Source: Candidatus Hermodarchaeota archaeon
GTDB taxonomy: Archaea > Asgardarchaeota > Lokiarchaeia > Sigyniarchaeales > SOKP01
Assembly (NCBI GenBank): GCA_048885525.1
Contig: JBHLLP010000020.1
Span: 1-59,596, forward strand
Direction of reading: 5' to 3'
Length of the DNA stretch: 59,596 nucleotides
The position numbers were made by a program, and so were the translations under genes. The notes under the pieces were generated by a model. The model was not told the DNA's origin, did not search any database, and was given only the letters and a program-made list of their open reading frames with translations. Within the stretch, counting starts at the first letter, position 1, and each line of letters opens with the position of its first letter. This document shows, one piece after another, positions 56,638-59,596 of this stretch.

Positions 56638-57600
56638 TTACAATACATTTATAAATATATTAATAATAATTATAACTGCGCTGAATCCTACTAAACCAAT
56701 CAAGAATTTCAATGGGTTTCCTTTCTCTTTTTCGGGGATTACTTCCCTAACAATTACATATAAAATCACACCAGAAATGAAGGAATAGAAAATAAATAAG
56801 AGTTCAAAATTAACTGGTAAAAACGAAATTAGTATTAATCCAATTATTATTCCCGCGAAGGCAGAACTGCAAGAAAGATATTTTATAACTGGATTTTCTT
56901 CAACCTGTTGTTCTTCATAAATTTCGAGATCAGTGAATATAAGATGTGCTTCAGATCGTTTAGTTACAATAGTTCTGAAAAATGCGTATATGAAAAAAAG
57001 AATTCCCCCCACTAACTCAATTCGTAATAAGCCTACTAAAATAAGGCCTACAAGAAAGTGATAAATATAATCTGTTACAAACCGGAAGTTAGTTAGCTCT
57101 TTATTAATCTTATTTTGAATCTTAATTTTATAGTTATTGATTTCTGTTTTCATTTCCTCTTCTTGGTCATTTAATTCAGATAATGTCCGAGCTATTTCTC
57201 TTAGAGCAATTTCATCCAGATGTTCATGCGTTAATTCTTTTGTAAGAATTTTTTCCATGTTATGTTCAACATTTTCTAGGATTTTCTCTTTTTTGATTAA
57301 TTTTCTCATCTTTTTTTGAGTCCTCATCTCAACTTTCTGTAAAATTAATTTTTCAGATACATGAATAAATGAAAAACCAATAAGTACAAAGAGATATTCA
57401 AATAGTTTTAAATGAAAAGGAAATTCAGGTAATCTTTCAGCGATTTCAGGAAGCACTATTAAAAAGAAATAAGATACTGATATTCCCGCTATTAATGATG
57501 CATGAACTTGAATAAGTTTATTTTCAAAATAATCTGCGATAAAAAATAAAACACCAAAAATTAAAGCAAGAATCAGAACTATTATTAAATTAACACTCAT
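56638..57600 (-). CDS. ZIP-like membrane protein with long cytoplasmic coiled-coil insert
   Basis: AGISVSYFFLIVLPE and SFISGVILYVIVREVIPE resemble ZIP TM2/TM7; about 90-aa charged insert. Confidence 0.6.
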   Translation of the reverse strand: MSVNLIIVLILALIFGVLFFIADYFENKLIQVHASLIAGISVSYFFLIVLPEIAERLPEFPFHLKLFEYLFVLIGFSFIHVSEKLILQKVEMRTQKKMRKLIKKEKILENVEHNMEKILTKELTHEHLDEIALREIARTLSELNDQEEEMKTEINNYKIKIQNKINKELTNFRFVTDYIYHFLVGLILVGLLRIELVGGILFFIYAFFRTIVTKRSEAHLIFTDLEIYEEQQVEENPVIKYLSCSSAFAGIIIGLILISFLPVNFELLFIFYSFISGVILYVIVREVIPEKEKGNPLKFLIGLVGFSAVIIIINIFINVL

Positions 57601-57717
57601 TAATATTGAAAATAGATTTAAAAATTATTAAAGTTGTAGTAGTAAACTAGAATTATAATATTCTGATTGATTGAGATAAAGACATAGTGGTAAAAAAAAG
57701 CACTTAGGTGAAATTTA

Positions 57718-58593
57718 ATCCAGTTTCTAATCATAACTTCAACCGAAGATAAAGCCTCAATGAATATACGTGACAAATTTTTGAATTCCAAATCTTTTAA
57801 GTTTGAAAAAGTTGATTCTAAATGGCATGATAATCCTGTTTTTAAACTAAAACAAGATTCAACTAAAAATGAGATCTTTTTGGGCTTAACTAGGGATCCT
57901 CTTATTTTTTTGAACAATTTAAAATTAGAGCAATCCGAATTAAAACCGGATTATCTTATTTTTGCAAGTCGTCATACCTCAAAAACTGCTCGCCCAGCAT
58001 TTTTAGTTCACACTACTGGTAATTGGAGTAAAGATGCTGATTTCGGTGGAGATCCTCAAGATTTATCAAAAACAAGTGCTTTACTTCATAAAGCCGGTTT
58101 TATATCGTTAATTGAACAAGAAATTCCTAATACATTAATAGGATTCTCACTTGATATAGAAGTGACTCATCATGGCCCTACAATCTTAGATAAACCTTTA
58201 ATTTTCATGGAATTAGGAAGTAGTAAGTTAGAATGGAGAATAGAAGATGCAGGGGGGATATTGACAAATACCATCATTAGTGCTATTCAGAAATATATTG
58301 AATATAAAGAAATGGGAAGCCAAAATGTAGGTTTAGGTTTTGGAGGTACACATTATGCTCCAAATTTCCATAGATTAATTAAAAATCAAAATCTTGCCAT
58401 GTCTTTTATATGTCCGAAATATTATATACAAGATTTAAACAAAGATTTGATTTACCAAATGGTAAATAATACTCTTGAAAAGGTTGATTATTTTATAATC
58501 GATTGGAAAGGGACTAATTCCGAAGATAAAAAACATTTGATGCCTCTTTTAGAAGATTTTAACATCCCAATAAAAAAAACAAAAGACTTCTAA
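57718..58593 (+). CDS. dtdA: D-aminoacyl-tRNA deacylase (archaeal DtdA/DTD2)
   Basis: FASRH, VHTTGN, EVTHHGP, FMELGS, GFGGTHYAP, PKY, IDWKG. The conserved N-terminus (FLIITSTEDKASMNI) lies upstream of the first ATG (57760), implying a start at ATC 57718. Confidence 0.92.
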   Translation: MQFLIITSTEDKASMNIRDKFLNSKSFKFEKVDSKWHDNPVFKLKQDSTKNEIFLGLTRDPLIFLNNLKLEQSELKPDYLIFASRHTSKTARPAFLVHTTGNWSKDADFGGDPQDLSKTSALLHKAGFISLIEQEIPNTLIGFSLDIEVTHHGPTILDKPLIFMELGSSKLEWRIEDAGGILTNTIISAIQKYIEYKEMGSQNVGLGFGGTHYAPNFHRLIKNQNLAMSFICPKYYIQDLNKDLIYQMVNNTLEKVDYFIIDWKGTNSEDKKHLMPLLEDFNIPIKKTKDF

Positions 58594-58623
58594 TTCGAGT
58601 AAAACTATAAAGTTCAGTAAATA

Positions 58624-59493
58624 TTATTGAGATTCTTCTTTAATTTTCTCATAATATTTAATTAAATTTTTGAAAACATAATTAGTCGGAGAGAATCCTT
58701 GAGTTGCAGTTTTTAATAGTATTTTTTGAAGAAAATCGCGATACGTAACGTTTTGATGTAAAGTAACATTTAATTCTCTGATATTGAAGAAGCTTCGAAA
58801 AAAGAGGGTTGGAAAATCAACTAGCGGTTGAAGTATTTGACTATAGTATTTTTTGCCTTCTTCACTTAACTCTAATTCCTTTTTTAAGGTATAAAGATAG
58901 TTTTCCCCTTTCTTTTCAATACTAATTATTCCATCTGATTCGATTTCTTCCATGAAATTAATGATATCAATTAGTTTTAAATCTTTTATATTTAATTTAT
59001 TTAAGCTATCAAGAATTTCGGTATCCATTTGCCCTTTTAATTTAATCAAGGTATAATTTCGAGCAATTATATTGTATTTCAATGGGACAGTTTCATGATC
59101 AAGTTTATTATATTGTATAAGATTTCCTAAAATTTCTTTTGCAATGAAATATTTTAATATTAATTGATCTTCCTTAGAAAAATCATTTTTAAAAATTTCA
59201 GATTCAAAATATGAACCATATAAGGTTTGTAATAAGGTCTTTACTGAATAAAAACCATCTAATGTTGCTTGTTCTATAACTTTTAAGGTCACAATTCTGT
59301 AGTTAATTTCATTTAAGAATTTATCTTTATCAAGAGGTATTTGGCGAATTATATGGGGTTCGCTATTAAGAGGTCCCAAGTATTCATCCCATTTTTTCTT
59401 AAAACGAGGTGATTGAGTTTTTACAATGTTTGAAAGTTTATAAACAACCTCACAAAGTTTATTTAAAAATTGTTGTTCTGAGACTTCAGTCAT
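58624..59493 (-). CDS. Hypothetical protein (possible winged-helix in C-terminal half)
   Basis: 289 aa ORF; EIESDGIISIEKKGENYLYTL resembles a wHTH wing; no family recognised. Confidence 0.65.
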   Translation of the reverse strand: MTEVSEQQFLNKLCEVVYKLSNIVKTQSPRFKKKWDEYLGPLNSEPHIIRQIPLDKDKFLNEINYRIVTLKVIEQATLDGFYSVKTLLQTLYGSYFESEIFKNDFSKEDQLILKYFIAKEILGNLIQYNKLDHETVPLKYNIIARNYTLIKLKGQMDTEILDSLNKLNIKDLKLIDIINFMEEIESDGIISIEKKGENYLYTLKKELELSEEGKKYYSQILQPLVDFPTLFFRSFFNIRELNVTLHQNVTYRDFLQKILLKTATQGFSPTNYVFKNLIKYYEKIKEESQ

Positions 59494-59596
59494 CCAGGAA
59501 ATACCTTAACCTTTTTCGATTTTTTTTTGAACTATTAATAATATTATTAACCTATATACTTTTAAATTTTCAATAAAAATTCAAATGAGATTATTT

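Noticed and set aside
602-57319. Remaining short ORF-track entries nested in or antisense to larger genes (e.g. 602-841, 2513-2761, 19619-19852, 39763-40080, 46598-46915, 54380-54691)
   Set aside because: Fully overlapped by well-supported genes and lacking SD motifs or recognisable domains.
57618-57917. 99-aa minus-strand ORF
   Set aside because: Antisense to the dtdA 5' end and promoter; no motif.
1-59596. Selenocysteine (UGA) or pyrrolysine (UAG) recoding, plausible in some Asgard redox genes
   Set aside because: The redox proteins here have Cys at their catalytic positions and appear full length. The TGA-ending ORFs I checked (1541, 17936, 26854, 46069) show no convincing continuation. 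I did not recognise a SECIS, but cannot exclude one by eye.

Overview
AT-rich, gene-dense archaeal chromosomal segment. It is most consistent with an Asgard archaeon of the Lokiarchaeia (inference from archaeal DtdA and RNase Z, GGTGA/GAGGAG Shine-Dalgarno motifs, oligo-T terminators, longin-domain proteins, a Rag-like small GTPase, an SDS22-type LRR protein and a Loki-CTERM-like surface protein). I found no rRNA, tRNA, CRISPR array or transposase. From about 16.8 to 47.4 kb lies a large sulfur-trafficking and oxidative/nitrosative-stress region: TusA-IscS-IscU, a CoA-disulfide reductase-rhodanese fusion, rubrerythrin, desulfoferrodoxin, FprA, two small rubredoxins missing from the ORF track, NADH:rubredoxin oxidoreductase, an atypical CooS, Isf, glutaredoxins, FTR, two PDOs with TrxB, and Hsp20. 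The best candidates for undescribed biology are: (1) a co-oriented ArsR / Rag-like GTPase / MASE3-PAS histidine kinase / receiver-longin(uDENN-like) cluster that may wire two-component phosphorelay to a eukaryote-type small-GTPase switch; (2) a CooS with a Cys-to-Glu C-cluster substitution, an hcp-type partner ferredoxin, a Bat-type regulator and a shared GAACATGTTC palindrome; (3) several genes that appear to start at ATT/ATC/ATA behind good SD motifs; (4) an alpha-SNAP-like protein next to a ubiquitin-like protein with a masked GG; (5) an IscU fused to a degenerate TrxB domain. All family calls come from motif recognition by eye. No database search was run.
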